Source: a virus
Strand: one strand, 5' to 3'
Length of the DNA stretch: 64,000 nt
IMG/VR virus record: IMGVR_UViG_3300008116_000018
The notes under the pieces are model-generated. The model had not been told where the DNA came from. It did no database searches and saw only the letters and a program-made list of their open reading frames with translations. The position numbers and the translations under genes are program-made. Below are positions 1 through 9,308 of the stretch, in pieces; position 1 is the first letter of the stretch; every line of letters begins with the position of its first letter.

Positions 1-491
1 TGAATATCTAACAAGTCTTCAATGATAGAACGTCTATCGCTTGCAGACAATTGCATGAATGGAGTAAACGATGCTGAACCCAACAAAACAATTTGAGTAA
101 AAGATTTGTAGTTGAGTTTGAGGATGAATTTCTCTAGGTGTTCTTGATAGTCTTTGACTGCGGCATCTTGATTGACTAGATGCCCATTGCAGTAAATTTC
201 AAACACATTTGGTTTGATACCACGAACGATTTTGTATGACTTATTGCCTGTGTCGAATTCAATTTCAACAGTACAATCTTTTTGATTGATCGTATTGACA
301 AGTTGTCCTTTGTTGATATTACGAAATGGTTTGCCAAACAGCACAAAGCACAATGCGTCAAGCATAGTAGACTTACCCGAACCATTAGAGCCAACAATCA
401 ACGTGGTGTTGTTGCCATCTAAGTTCAGTTCAGTAAAGAAGTTACCAGTTGATAGAAAGTTCTTCCATCTCAAATTACGAAAAATAATCAT
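1..491 (-). CDS. gp46: Recombination endonuclease subunit, SbcC/Rad50-like (5' part; runs off the window)
   Basis: Not in ORF track. Manual translation from ATG at 491: MIIFRNLRWKNFLSTGN...GSNGSGKSTMLDALCFVLFGKPFRNINK (Walker A). Overlaps the gp47 stop (ATGA). Confidence 0.95.
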   Translation of the reverse strand, partial: MIIFRNLRWKNFLSTGNFFTELNLDGNNTTLIVGSNGSGKSTMLDALCFVLFGKPFRNINKGQLVNTINQKDCTVEIEFDTGNKSYKIVRGIKPNVFEIYCNGHLVNQDAAVKDYQEHLEKFILKLNYKSFTQIVLLGSASFTPFMQLSASDRRSIIEDLLDI

Positions 492-1561
492 TCTATATTT
501 TCTTTGGATAGTGCCTCAACGTAAAGTTCACGCATCAATGTTTTAAGTTTATTAGTGTCTGAAATATTTAGGCTTTGCGTATCGATAAATGAAGAAAGAA
601 TTGTCATGGTGTCTTGCGCTTGGTCAATAATATCACTATCAGTTTCTTCATTCGATATAGTAAAGTCTTCAACAATCGTAACGTCTACAGGACCAAATTT
701 ATAAATTTCATCTATCAACTTTTCAAATAGATAAGGATCCTGTTTATTCAAAACAACAACTTTCACATAAGCATTTGCATACTTAGAAAAGTTTATGTCT
801 TTCAAGTCTTCAATCTTTAATTGATTGTCATCATAATTTACCTTATAAAACATTCGGTGAGGATTCTCTACGAATGTAGTCTGCATTGTTTCAGTGTCTA
901 AAATACCAAACTGTTTTTTGTCTTTGTAATCATTCCAAAACAATTCATAGGGCGCACCAACATACGTGATGTTGTCGTGCTGTGATGGTGTATGATAGTG
1001 TCCGCTGTATACATGATTATAGTTGCTTAGAAACTTATAGTCAAGTCCTTCATGGCTATCTACACCACGGAACAATGGAAAGCCAGCAAGTTCAAAGTGC
1101 CCCATGCACAATGAAGAAGATGTGTTCTTCACAAACTCAAAAACTTCCGCTTCATTGCTTTTGCAAATCCATGGTATCATATCGATTTTGATCCCATCAA
1201 CTTCAAGTGTACCAGGTTTCTGCCATAGCACAATGTTATGATAGTCTCTCAGCAACAAGTCAGGAGAATTAACTTCAAGACTTTCTTTCCAAAAGATATC
1301 GTGATTACCAATCAATGCGTGAAGAGTAATGCCTTCTTCAACGCATCTGTCAAAGAAGTATCTACGACTTTCCATCAGCGAATGAAAGTTGATGTACTTG
1401 CGTCTATCGAACAAGTCACCAAGCTGAATGATTGTTCTTACACCACGATGTTTCAGTTCTGGAAAGAATGTCTCATCATAAAATTTTTCATAGTAAGCAT
1501 GAAACGCTTTGGAGTCATTTCTAACACCAAAGTGAGTATCACCTAGTAAACATATTCTCAT
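488..1561 (-). CDS. gp47: Recombination endonuclease subunit, Mre11/SbcD-like
   Basis: Metallophosphoesterase motifs GDTHFG, LGDLFD, GNHD, GHYH; adjacent to gp46. Confidence 0.96.
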   Translation of the reverse strand: MRICLLGDTHFGVRNDSKAFHAYYEKFYDETFFPELKHRGVRTIIQLGDLFDRRKYINFHSLMESRRYFFDRCVEEGITLHALIGNHDIFWKESLEVNSPDLLLRDYHNIVLWQKPGTLEVDGIKIDMIPWICKSNEAEVFEFVKNTSSSLCMGHFELAGFPLFRGVDSHEGLDYKFLSNYNHVYSGHYHTPSQHDNITYVGAPYELFWNDYKDKKQFGILDTETMQTTFVENPHRMFYKVNYDDNQLKIEDLKDINFSKYANAYVKVVVLNKQDPYLFEKLIDEIYKFGPVDVTIVEDFTISNEETDSDIIDQAQDTMTILSSFIDTQSLNISDTNKLKTLMRELYVEALSKENIE

Positions 1562-1727
1562 ACTTTCGTTGCCCTTGCTTCTTCATTGTTGTACCTAAAG
1601 ACTTGTCGATTATAGCACGAATCTCAGTCAAATGCAAGACGGCAGTTTCTCTGAGATTTTGTGGCGATCTTTTGTCGTTAACAATTTTTAGCCAGTTTTC
1701 AAGTTGGGCTGGTATTGGTGTCTGCAT
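1539..1727 (-). CDS. Small hypothetical protein (62 aa, MQTPIPAQLENW...)
   Basis: Fills the gp55-gp47 gap. ATG at 1727 has GGAG upstream, a better start than the 1793 in the track. Confidence 0.65.
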   Translation of the reverse strand: MQTPIPAQLENWLKIVNDKRSPQNLRETAVLHLTEIRAIIDKSLGTTMKKQGQRKYENMFTR

Positions 1728-2328
1728 TGTCTTTCTCCAGAAATTCATCGAATGCGGTAGCAGTATCTGCCTTTTTCTTTCTAGGCTTTGCACTTGCGAT
1801 CTTCTTCTCTTTATTCACTTCAAATGCTTTGATAAAGTCACTAATGAATTCTTCGCTATACGAATCGTGCATCACACCATTTAGACTTGAAGAAACGTAT
1901 TCTTCGCCATTGTTTTCAATGAGAGAGGTAATGATTAAATTGTCCATGCTCTTATACTTGATGTATAGATGCTTTTTCTCTTTTTGAATTCTTCGCAAGA
2001 ATGCATAGTAGATAATTTGGGTAAAGTATGCAAATGGATTCTTAGACTTCTCAGGATCAAAGTTATCAATGTACAACAGACAGTTTTCAATACCATCCGA
2101 TACCATATCTTCTTTGAATGTGTAGTTTGCAAAGTTTGGTTTACGTGCCAAGTGCGTTGCAATCTTAAACAAGCATTCGCCAATGTACTCAGGTACTCTT
2201 GGGCGCTCTCCGTTTGTTGCTTCTGCTTCTTTGACGCCGGCACGAAAGACAACCATCTCTTCTAGGAAATGTTCGTTGTTGACGTAGTGTTTTTGTTTTG
2301 GTTTTACGGTAGCGGTAGTAATAGTCAT
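1699..2328 (-). CDS. gp55: Late-transcription sigma factor
   Basis: HYVNN, YIGECFLKIA, NFANYT, NPFAYFTQIIYYAFLRRIQKEKK. Confidence 0.96.
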   Translation of the reverse strand: MTITTATVKPKQKHYVNNEHFLEEMVVFRAGVKEAEATNGERPRVPEYIGECLFKIATHLARKPNFANYTFKEDMVSDGIENCLLYIDNFDPEKSKNPFAYFTQIIYYAFLRRIQKEKKHLYIKYKSMDNLIITSLIENNGEEYVSSSLNGVMHDSYSEEFISDFIKAFEVNKEKKIASAKPRKKKADTATAFDEFLEKDNADTNTSPT

Positions 2329-2344
2329 GTTTCACCTCAGTTAG

Positions 2345-2373
2345 TTGACAAACACTTGACAATGAGTTATTAT
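2345..2373 (+). promoter_or_regulatory. Sigma70-type promoter antisense to flanking genes, with a second TTGACA 11 bp downstream
   Basis: TTGACA(2345)-17 nt-TATTAT(2368); second TTGACA at 2356; near-identical layout at 43773. Confidence 0.6.
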
Positions 2374-2397
2374 TGCAGTGTCCTGTTTGATAAAGAC

Positions 2398-2790
2398 TTA
2401 ATGTAATATATGATTGTTAGATGAAGCCATTGCTTCTCTCATCTTATCAATCTCTTCTTTGATTTCAGACATTCTATCGTCTGCTTGAATTTCAATTTCA
2501 TCTTCTTCATTCGAATCGAATTCTTGATATGCTTCGCCATAGATTCTTATAATTTCTGATGTTGCTTCAGATACGGAAACAATACTTTGTTTAAATATTC
2601 TAGAAGGCAAATCAAAATTTGTAAGTGGATCCCATTTCATCATCGACAAGCTAAACATATGATCTTCAGACATTCTAGGAACAAGAACAACTTTCATAGG
2701 ACGATGCACTTCAATGTATCCTCTACTTTCTTCAACAACATTTCCGATGAGAGTATCACCGTTTGTTAATTTTAGTACTTTGCAAAGCAT
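2398..2790 (-). CDS. Conserved hypothetical protein between uvsW and gp55 (Sm-like N-terminus)
   Basis: KVLKLTNGDTLIG...P pattern; syntenic position in T4-like phages. Confidence 0.7.
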   Translation of the reverse strand: MLCKVLKLTNGDTLIGNVVEESRGYIEVHRPMKVVLVPRMSEDHMFSLSMMKWDPLTNFDLPSRIFKQSIVSVSEATSEIIRIYGEAYQEFDSNEEDEIEIQADDRMSEIKEEIDKMREAMASSNNHILH

Positions 2791-4250
2791 TATTCTTCCT
2801 TTAAATTTAACGTGTAAATTTTATATTCAAACTTTTCATCGTTATAAATTTTCATTCGTTCGATAAAATGTTCTAATGTAAAATTCTTTCTACTCTTATA
2901 AGTCATGTCATCCGATATGTCATACAGAATAGCTTCTTTCTTGTTATCTCCCAAACGCAATCCTCGACCAATAGACTGTAGTGTTCTAATTTTACTCTTG
3001 CTTGGTGAAGCAAAAATAACATTATGTAGATTACGAATGTTGATACCAGTAGAGAATGTTCCATATGATGCTACGATAATTGCATTCTCTTCATCTTCAG
3101 TAATTCTACGAACTTCTTCTCTTTCATCTACGCCAACCGCACCATGAATAAAGAATACAGGTCTATTTTCTTCTACTGCGTCCTTAAGCATATTATACAA
3201 TATTCTGCCGTGCTTGTCAACGAACTGATATAGTAGAAGAGTGTTACCTTCTAAACTCATAGTCAAATTTCTAATGAATCTATTACGTGACGGCTTACCT
3301 ATAATATAATTTATCTCATCTTGATATTTAAAATTCTTACCTAGCTTACATGATTCTTCGTTATGCTTAAGCACCAATGCTTTAATTCTAAACTTAGCTA
3401 ATCGTCCAGAGTCAATCAATTCTTTTGTTGTTGTTATCTGTTTGACTTTACCGAACAAACCTTCTAAGACTAATCTATGTGTCTGTGTTCCATCTAGTGT
3501 ACCTGTGAGTCCAAATCTATACTTGCACTTTGTTAGTTTTGTTAGAATTGATATCAACGACTTTGCTTTAAACAAATGCGCTTCATCTCCAACAACTAAT
3601 TCAAATTCTTCGAACCATTCTTTTGGCATCTTGTAAATTGACTGCCATGTAGATATGACAATGGGGCAATCAGTTTGTTTGCTTGCACCTGACATAATCT
3701 GGTGTATGTATTTATCACTCTCAAACCCATAGTCTTCAAAGTCTTTGTATAACTGTGCGACAAGTGAGATAGTGGGAACAATGATAAGAGTCTTGCAATT
3801 TAAATATCTCGCAATGAGATATATGATAAGCGACTTGCCTGATGCTGTGGGTGATACTAATAAGTTTCTTCTACTGCGTACTGCATGAATGAATGCTTGA
3901 ATCTGATAGTCTCTAACTTCAAATGGTATACCTAGAGTATCGATGAAGTCTGTTGCTTCTGCTACAGAGAATTCATCATAAGTTTCTACTGATTCGTCAA
4001 ATTCAATTACGTAGTCACGTTCTTTAGCAAACTTTTCTAAGTATGGAATCAAACCATAATAGATTTGTCTGTTCTGAGAATTGAATAGGCGTATTTTTCC
4101 ATCCCACACTTTGTTTCTAAATGCGGGCATGAATTTATAACCGGGAACGTAGAACGTAAAGTATTCATTCAACTCCATTGCATCGGAGTTCTCACACTTG
4201 ATGTGTGCGTAGACTTCATCTACTTTTGAAATATAGAGTTTATTGTACAC
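2790..4250 (-). CDS. uvsW: SF2 DNA helicase UvsW
   Basis: WDGKIRLF, SPTASGKS, DEAH, TGT, QSIGRGLR. Confidence 0.96.
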   Translation of the reverse strand: MYNKLYISKVDEVYAHIKCENSDAMELNEYFTFYVPGYKFMPAFRNKVWDGKIRLFNSQNRQIYYGLIPYLEKFAKERDYVIEFDESVETYDEFSVAEATDFIDTLGIPFEVRDYQIQAFIHAVRSRRNLLVSPTASGKSLIIYLIARYLNCKTLIIVPTISLVAQLYKDFEDYGFESDKYIHQIMSGASKQTDCPIVISTWQSIYKMPKEWFEEFELVVGDEAHLFKAKSLISILTKLTKCKYRFGLTGTLDGTQTHRLVLEGLFGKVKQITTTKELIDSGRLAKFRIKALVLKHNEESCKLGKNFKYQDEINYIIGKPSRNRFIRNLTMSLEGNTLLLYQFVDKHGRILYNMLKDAVEENRPVFFIHGAVGVDEREEVRRITEDEENAIIVASYGTFSTGINIRNLHNVIFASPSKSKIRTLQSIGRGLRLGDNKKEAILYDISDDMTYKSRKNFTLEHFIERMKIYNDEKFEYKIYTLNLKEE

Positions 4251-4426
4251 CTTGCGTAAACTTCTTCCATTCTATAGCGTTCTTAATCTGAAATGCGTCT
4301 TTCATCAAAATAAATTTTGAGATATTTACTGTGTAATTCTGGTATCTTTAAAGATGCGATACCTAACTCTGTCGAGTCAACTGTGGCGTCTAATCTCCAC
4401 TCTTCCATCATCTGATCTAGCGTCAT
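4240..4426 (-). pseudogene. uvsY: UvsY recombination mediator with internal deletion and frameshift
   Basis: N-terminus MTLDQMMEEWRLDATVDSTELGIASLKIPELHSKYLK stops at 4283. C-terminus FQIKNAIEWKKFTQGVQ* is in another frame ending 4240. Only 187 nt in total. Confidence 0.85.
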
Positions 4427-4458
4427 AATAATTCCTCAAGTCAATATTCGTATTCATC

Positions 4459-4487
4459 ATAATAACACATTCCTAGGCAAATGTCAA
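4459..4487 (-). promoter_or_regulatory. Sigma70-type promoter for uvsY-uvsW
   Basis: TTGACA-17-TATTAT on the minus strand, with TG just upstream of the -10. Confidence 0.75.
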
Positions 4488-4999
4488 ATGTTTATTGCTT
4501 CGTAATAACCATAATTGAATGTTACTGTTGATGTAACAAATTCTTGATTATCGGTAGTTGTGAAACTCATCTCTCCGAGATCGGTTGGGTACACATCAAC
4601 AAAATCAAATCTTAAATTTGGATTGTTTGCATTTGATTTTATAAACAATGTTGCATCAGATGTTGTGCTAGTAACAGAGCCTGGTCTGCCTGTGAGTGTT
4701 CCAACTTTATTGTATCCTTTTGGATTGCCTAGCTGTGCGATCCAATTGTACAACTCCAACCATGATTGCATGTCTTCATCAACTAAGAATGTTAGCGTGA
4801 GTGAACTAAAAGTAATTTGATTTCCTGGAATACTAACAGCAGAAAATGGCGTGTTAATTGAACTAGACTGCAATGTGAGTCCAGGTAAATTTACACTCTG
4901 CACTAAGTATGTGAAATTGGGAATTCTCTTAAGAACAAAATCAAACTTGTTGTTCGAAAGAAAACTTCTATTTACGGGTGTTGTTATTAGGGTAGCCAT
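4484..4999 (-). CDS. gp3: Tail completion / sheath stabiliser
   Basis: FLSNNKF, QSVNLPG, FLVDEDM..W.ELYNW, SDATL; position after gp23. Confidence 0.88.
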   Translation of the reverse strand: MATLITTPVNRSFLSNNKFDFVLKRIPNFTYLVQSVNLPGLTLQSSSINTPFSAVSIPGNQITFSSLTLTFLVDEDMQSWLELYNWIAQLGNPKGYNKVGTLTGRPGSVTSTTSDATLFIKSNANNPNLRFDFVDVYPTDLGEMSFTTTDNQEFVTSTVTFNYGYYEAINI

Positions 5000-5018
5000 G
5001 TTATCTCCTCTTGTCTTC

Positions 5019-5026
5019 TATTTATG
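5019..5026 (-). promoter_or_regulatory. Late promoter CATAAATA (gp3)
   Basis: One-mismatch T4 late consensus, just downstream of the gp23 terminator. Confidence 0.65.
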
Positions 5027-5031
5027 CAGAC

Positions 5032-5060
5032 AAAAAAAGAGGACCCTAAGGTCCTCTTTT
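5032..5060 (-). terminator. Intrinsic terminator after gp23
   Basis: Hairpin AAAAGAGGACC-ctaa-GGTCCTCTTTT with a 7-U tail on the minus strand. Confidence 0.85.
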
Positions 5061-5088
5061 AAATACCGATGTGTCTCGGTTTAATCAA

Positions 5089-6417
5089 TTACATCAAGTT
5101 AGTAATTGCAATTCTACGATAGTAGATGTTCTTATTAGCGAATGCTAATGTACCGTCAGCGGCTGATGTTGCGAATGGGTTTGCGACCATACCATAACGT
5201 GTCTTAAATCCAATTTTTGGTTGGAAAGAATCTTGACCAACTGCACGAACCATTTGCAACGGAACGTATGGGCAATAGAACAAGCCAGCGTCAAAAGCTG
5301 AAGTGCCTTTGTAACCGATTGTTGCATAGTGTGTACCAGATGTTGCGGCGAAATATGGATCGATGTAAACCTTGATACGACCATTCAATACACCAGCGAA
5401 TGTGTTACCAGAGTCATCAACTTGCAAGTTGTTTGCAAGTGCTGGAGTGTAATCAAGAACACCAGCCATTTGCAATGCAGATGCTACGTCTGAAGAACAG
5501 ATAAGCACGTTACCTTTACCACGGCGAGTTGCTTTAGCGATTGCGTTGGACTCACGCTCCAATTGGAACATCAAGCCTTTGAACTTCTCAACAGACCAAC
5601 GACCGTTAGCATCAACGTCAAGGTTGAATGTACCAGCAGTTGTAACGTTTTCTTGTGCGCCAACAGTAGCTGTGATGTTGATTGTACGAACAACTTCACG
5701 GTTAATTTCAGCTAAAATTTCTGTAGAAAGAATGTTAGCCAATTCTTGTTCAGCATCCAAACCATGGACTGCTTTCAAGTCTTGTGCTAATTCCATTGTG
5801 TATTCTGCTTTCAAAGCACGGCTACGTGCAGTAACAGCAACTTTCTCAATAGAGAATGCCATCTCTTGGAAACCTTGACCAGAACCATCACCCAATGCTT
5901 CAGCTTGTGCTGTAGTGAAACCAGTACCACGTGTGTACTCTGTACCACTAGACAAGTCAGCAGGTGATGCACCTGTCTGTGATTGTGCTGTAGATGGGAA
6001 TGCTGTGTTAGCTTCGTTGAACAATGCTTCAGTACCACTTTGTGATGTGTAACGTGAACGCATTGCAAAGATCAAGCCTGTTGGACCTGTCATTGGTTGA
6101 ACACCGCAAATGTCGTATGCGATCAAGTTAGGTGCGGCACGGCGAACCAAGCTGATTAAGACTGGATCGTAAAGGTCGATTGAACCATCGCCTGCTGTAG
6201 ATGAAGATGCGCCCATGTTGTTAGCAGGTGCGGCTTCAGACAACAACGATGTTTGGTTGCGATAACCACCAGAACCCTGTGCATCACCACGGCAAGCAAT
6301 TTCTTGGTTCTCAAGAAGCTGTGCCGTTACGGAACGCTTGTGGGAATCCTTGATTGCGGCTAAATCGCCATGGTCAAGAACTGGTGCCCATTTTTTTAAA
6401 AGATTTTCTACGCTCAT
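5089..6417 (-). CDS. gp23: Major capsid protein
   Basis: KWAPVL, DPVLISLVRR, GVQPMTGPTGLIFAMRS, SRALKAEYTMELAQDLKAVHGLDAE, FYCPYVPL. Confidence 0.99.
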   Translation of the reverse strand: MSVENLLKKWAPVLDHGDLAAIKDSHKRSVTAQLLENQEIACRGDAQGSGGYRNQTSLLSEAAPANNMGASSSTAGDGSIDLYDPVLISLVRRAAPNLIAYDICGVQPMTGPTGLIFAMRSRYTSQSGTEALFNEANTAFPSTAQSQTGASPADLSSGTEYTRGTGFTTAQAEALGDGSGQGFQEMAFSIEKVAVTARSRALKAEYTMELAQDLKAVHGLDAEQELANILSTEILAEINREVVRTINITATVGAQENVTTAGTFNLDVDANGRWSVEKFKGLMFQLERESNAIAKATRRGKGNVLICSSDVASALQMAGVLDYTPALANNLQVDDSGNTFAGVLNGRIKVYIDPYFAATSGTHYATIGYKGTSAFDAGLFYCPYVPLQMVRAVGQDSFQPKIGFKTRYGMVANPFATSAADGTLAFANKNIYYRRIAITNLM

Positions 6418-6445
6418 GTTTTTCTCCTTTGAGTATTGTTTAATT

Positions 6446-6453
6446 TATTTATA
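6446..6453 (-). promoter_or_regulatory. Late promoter TATAAATA (gp23)
   Basis: Exact T4 late consensus upstream of the gp23 RBS (AAGGAG). Confidence 0.85.
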
Positions 6454-6458
6454 AAAAC

Positions 6459-7343
6459 TTATTTCTTCAGTGTTCTAGAAATATTTTGTACATAGTGGTT
6501 CATTACAGGAGTGAATGATTCTTCGATAGTAGAAACATCATCGTCCATTGGAGCCGCCTTTTTGACTGTATCTTTTGAAGATTCATCAAAATATTTCTTC
6601 TTTGTTAGAAGAAGTTTTTCTTTGTAGTCTTGTTCAGAAACAAATTCAATGCCTTCTGCTAAAGATTTCAACTTTGCAGATTGAACTTCGCTAAGACCTT
6701 CAGAAACTTCGCCAACGATATGGTCTTTCTTGTAAACACTAATTTGTGCATTCAAATTTGCAACTTCAGTTACTGCTTTGTCTAACTCAGACTCAAGCAC
6801 TTCAACTTGCTCTGCAAATTCTTCAACAACATTTACTTTGTCTTCTGGAATATCAACATAATGCTCTGTGAATAGATTTTTAAGTCCAATCATGAAATCT
6901 TCAGCTAATTCAGCTTTGATGCCTTTTTCGATAGCTAATTTGTTGTCTTCCATCCATTCAGTCACAACATACTCAAGGTATTCGTCAACTTTTGTGACCA
7001 AGTTTTCATTGATCGAATTGACTTCTTCTTGAAGTTTAATAGAATATTCTTCGTCTAATTTAGTTGTTGCTTCTTCTACCTTAGCAAAAATTGCCGCTTC
7101 AAAGATAGCTTTAGCATTGTTTTTGAATTCTTCAGAAAGAGATTCGCCAGAGAAAATAGCATCAATGTCTTCTTTCATTTTTGATTGCTTTTTCTCTTTC
7201 ATCATCTTTTCTTTTTCATCATCAGACTCTTCGCTATCGTCAGTGTCAACTTCTTTAGCTTTTTTCTTTTCGATGGCTGCTTTTAACGCAGGTGGAAGTT
7301 CTCCTTCCAACAATTCATCATCCTTGTTATTTACATCGGTCAT
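6459..7343 (-). CDS. gp22: Prohead core scaffold
   Basis: LSEEFK..A.AIFEAA, VDEYLEYVV.EWM, LFTEHY.DIPEDK; lies between gp21 and gp23. Confidence 0.93.
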   Translation of the reverse strand: MTDVNNKDDELLEGELPPALKAAIEKKKAKEVDTDDSEESDDEKEKMMKEKKQSKMKEDIDAIFSGESLSEEFKNNAKAIFEAAIFAKVEEATTKLDEEYSIKLQEEVNSINENLVTKVDEYLEYVVTEWMEDNKLAIEKGIKAELAEDFMIGLKNLFTEHYVDIPEDKVNVVEEFAEQVEVLESELDKAVTEVANLNAQISVYKKDHIVGEVSEGLSEVQSAKLKSLAEGIEFVSEQDYKEKLLLTKKKYFDESSKDTVKKAAPMDDDVSTIEESFTPVMNHYVQNISRTLKK

Positions 7344-7387
7344 AGTAGGTTCTCCTTTATACGATATTTAAAATTTGTTAGTATATG

Positions 7388-7395
7388 TATTTATA
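7388..7395 (-). promoter_or_regulatory. Late promoter TATAAATA (gp22)
   Basis: Exact consensus in the intergenic region. Confidence 0.8.
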
Positions 7396-7399
7396 AACA

Positions 7400-8050
7400 T
7401 TATAGCTTGGAGATGAAATTTTTGAAGACTTTTATCATGTTTTCTTCTAAGTCTTTCTTAGAAGATTTGACAATAACATCCTTTTGTTTTTGAATGTCAG
7501 CTTCTCTGATAATTCCATTGTCCCAAACCCATGCTTTATCTTCCATGATACCACGTACATATGCATCTGGTGCTGAAGGATCGGCTACGATATCTGCACA
7601 AGTTGCAAGATAAAAATCATTACCAACAACTTTAGTTCCATCTTTTCCTTCTACAAGACTACCTAAGCCTCTTGTAGATACGCCTAATGTTGCGCCTTCA
7701 GCCATCAAATTCTTTACGATGTTGCCGTACGGTGTGTCCATAATCTTTGCTTTACCGATGAAATTATTTCCATCTTGACGTAAACTCTTAGTAATGTGTG
7801 ATACACGTTCTAAGTTAATAGTTGGACCATCTGGATGTCCCAACTCACCATAAGCACGATTCTTCATTACGTGTTCTGTTACATATCTTTCGGTTTCTTT
7901 TTGCAAAACATCTAATGGATACATTCTTCCATTACGATTCTTTTGTTCTGCTTGCATGAAGATACCTTCAATGAAGAAACTTCTACCGCCAGCTTCGTTT
8001 GCTTCGGTGATGATATTTACTTGCTCATTGATTTCTGTAATTAGTTTCAT
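7400..8050 (-). CDS. gp21: Prohead protease
   Basis: MKLITE, NRNGR.YP, GELGHP, GVSTRGLGS, DIVADPSAPDA. Confidence 0.97.
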   Translation of the reverse strand: MKLITEINEQVNIITEANEAGGRSFFIEGIFMQAEQKNRNGRMYPLDVLQKETERYVTEHVMKNRAYGELGHPDGPTINLERVSHITKSLRQDGNNFIGKAKIMDTPYGNIVKNLMAEGATLGVSTRGLGSLVEGKDGTKVVGNDFYLATCADIVADPSAPDAYVRGIMEDKAWVWDNGIIREADIQKQKDVIVKSSKKDLEENMIKVFKNFISKL

Positions 8051-8337
8051 TTTAGTCCCGCCGATGTTCTCTTTTTAAGTGACCTTGTTCTTTTACGTAG
8101 AATCAAAGCAAGTTTTGGTGCACGTTTTCTAGCCGCTTTGCGTTGTGCAATTCTACGATGCATTTTTTCTTGTGAAGACATTCTGACAAGTTTGCCTCCT
8201 AAGACTTTATATCCAGGTGTTGCAGAAACAACTTTTCTGCGCTGAACAATTCCAGCACGTACTCTATTGACTTTTACAATTCTAGCTTCATCTAACTGTT
8301 CATCAGAGAGAGATATAAACTCTTTAAATTTCAACAT
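8047..8337 (-). CDS. Basic prohead core protein (gp68-like)
   Basis: Very K/R-rich; N-terminal MLKFKEF...LDE; immediately upstream of gp21. Confidence 0.7.
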   Translation of the reverse strand: MLKFKEFISLSDEQLDEARIVKVNRVRAGIVQRRKVVSATPGYKVLGGKLVRMSSQEKMHRRIAQRKAARKRAPKLALILRKRTRSLKKRTSAGLK

Positions 8338-8338
8338 A

Positions 8339-8800
8339 TTATGGGCTTACACCATCATCGGTAGTTTCACGGCTAGAATATCCAGCAGTCTTCTTGCCTT
8401 CTAATATGATTGTATATCCAGCACTAGCAGTAAATCCTGTAGTAGTTAACAAGATATCTCCATTGGCTCCAGCGCCAGCATTGTTTGTGAGTGGTGCTTG
8501 TAAATTTGTTGTCAAGTCTAGAGTGCCAGAGCCAGTCAAAGTCACAATAGTTGTGTTTGATGTTCCTCTCCACGCCAATGTAACTCTAGGGTCTTGCAGT
8601 GATGAAGTACCTCTTGCTACATTCCAAAATATTTTATTGATTGACAATCGTTGTGTTGCTCCGCCATCAGATGCAATTAGTGTGTTTGCAGAAACTTTTA
8701 CAACGCCTGCTTCACCAGTGCCGTCAGAAATATTTGTCAGCTTAACTGCCCATGCCGATGCGCTATCTTTTAGCGTTTGTGAGGTTACTGTATCTGCCAT
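8339..8800 (-). CDS. Conserved beta-rich virion protein
   Basis: MADTVTSQTL...KLTNISDGTGE..V.KV, GDILLTT; in the head operon. Confidence 0.6.
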   Translation of the reverse strand: MADTVTSQTLKDSASAWAVKLTNISDGTGEAGVVKVSANTLIASDGGATQRLSINKIFWNVARGTSSLQDPRVTLAWRGTSNTTIVTLTGSGTLDLTTNLQAPLTNNAGAGANGDILLTTTGFTASAGYTIILEGKKTAGYSSRETTDDGVSP

Positions 8801-8801
8801 T

Positions 8802-9308
8802 TTATTCTTCCGCTATAGTTTTTGCAAATGCTAAAAGTACTTCAACATCTTCTTCCAACTGATTCAAAAAGATTTCTTGATTGCTTTCATCTAGTTTGTC
8901 ATACAAATCAGAAAGTAACTCAACGTCTTCATTCTTTAAAGCACCACGTGCCTTTGCGGCTTGAAGCATATCTAGTCTATCCTTAACACCTTTGATACCA
9001 GGCTTGATATCTTTAGCGGCTTTCTTTTCAGCGGCATTTGGTTTGTTGATATGCTTCATTGTAGTACTAGACTGATGACTCTCAGCTTCACCGAATGGTT
9101 GCTTGTTATCGAGTCTGTCAGCCGGACGCTTGCCAGAACCTTTTTTGGTGTCGTGCGGTCCAACCTCTTCAGGTCCTACTTTTTCTAAATCGCCTGGATC
9201 TTTTACTTGGGCAAGATACGACACGGCTGCCATTTTATTGGCAATGCCGTCTTTATATTTTACTCGTTCTATTTCATCCAACTGGATAAAACTTTTAAAG
9301 TTCTTCAT
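8802..9308 (-). CDS. Probable internal head protein
   Basis: N-terminal MKNFKSFIQLDE capsid-targeting-like sequence; highly charged. Confidence 0.55.
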   Translation of the reverse strand: MKNFKSFIQLDEIERVKYKDGIANKMAAVSYLAQVKDPGDLEKVGPEEVGPHDTKKGSGKRPADRLDNKQPFGEAESHQSSTTMKHINKPNAAEKKAAKDIKPGIKGVKDRLDMLQAAKARGALKNEDVELLSDLYDKLDESNQEIFLNQLEEDVEVLLAFAKTIAEE

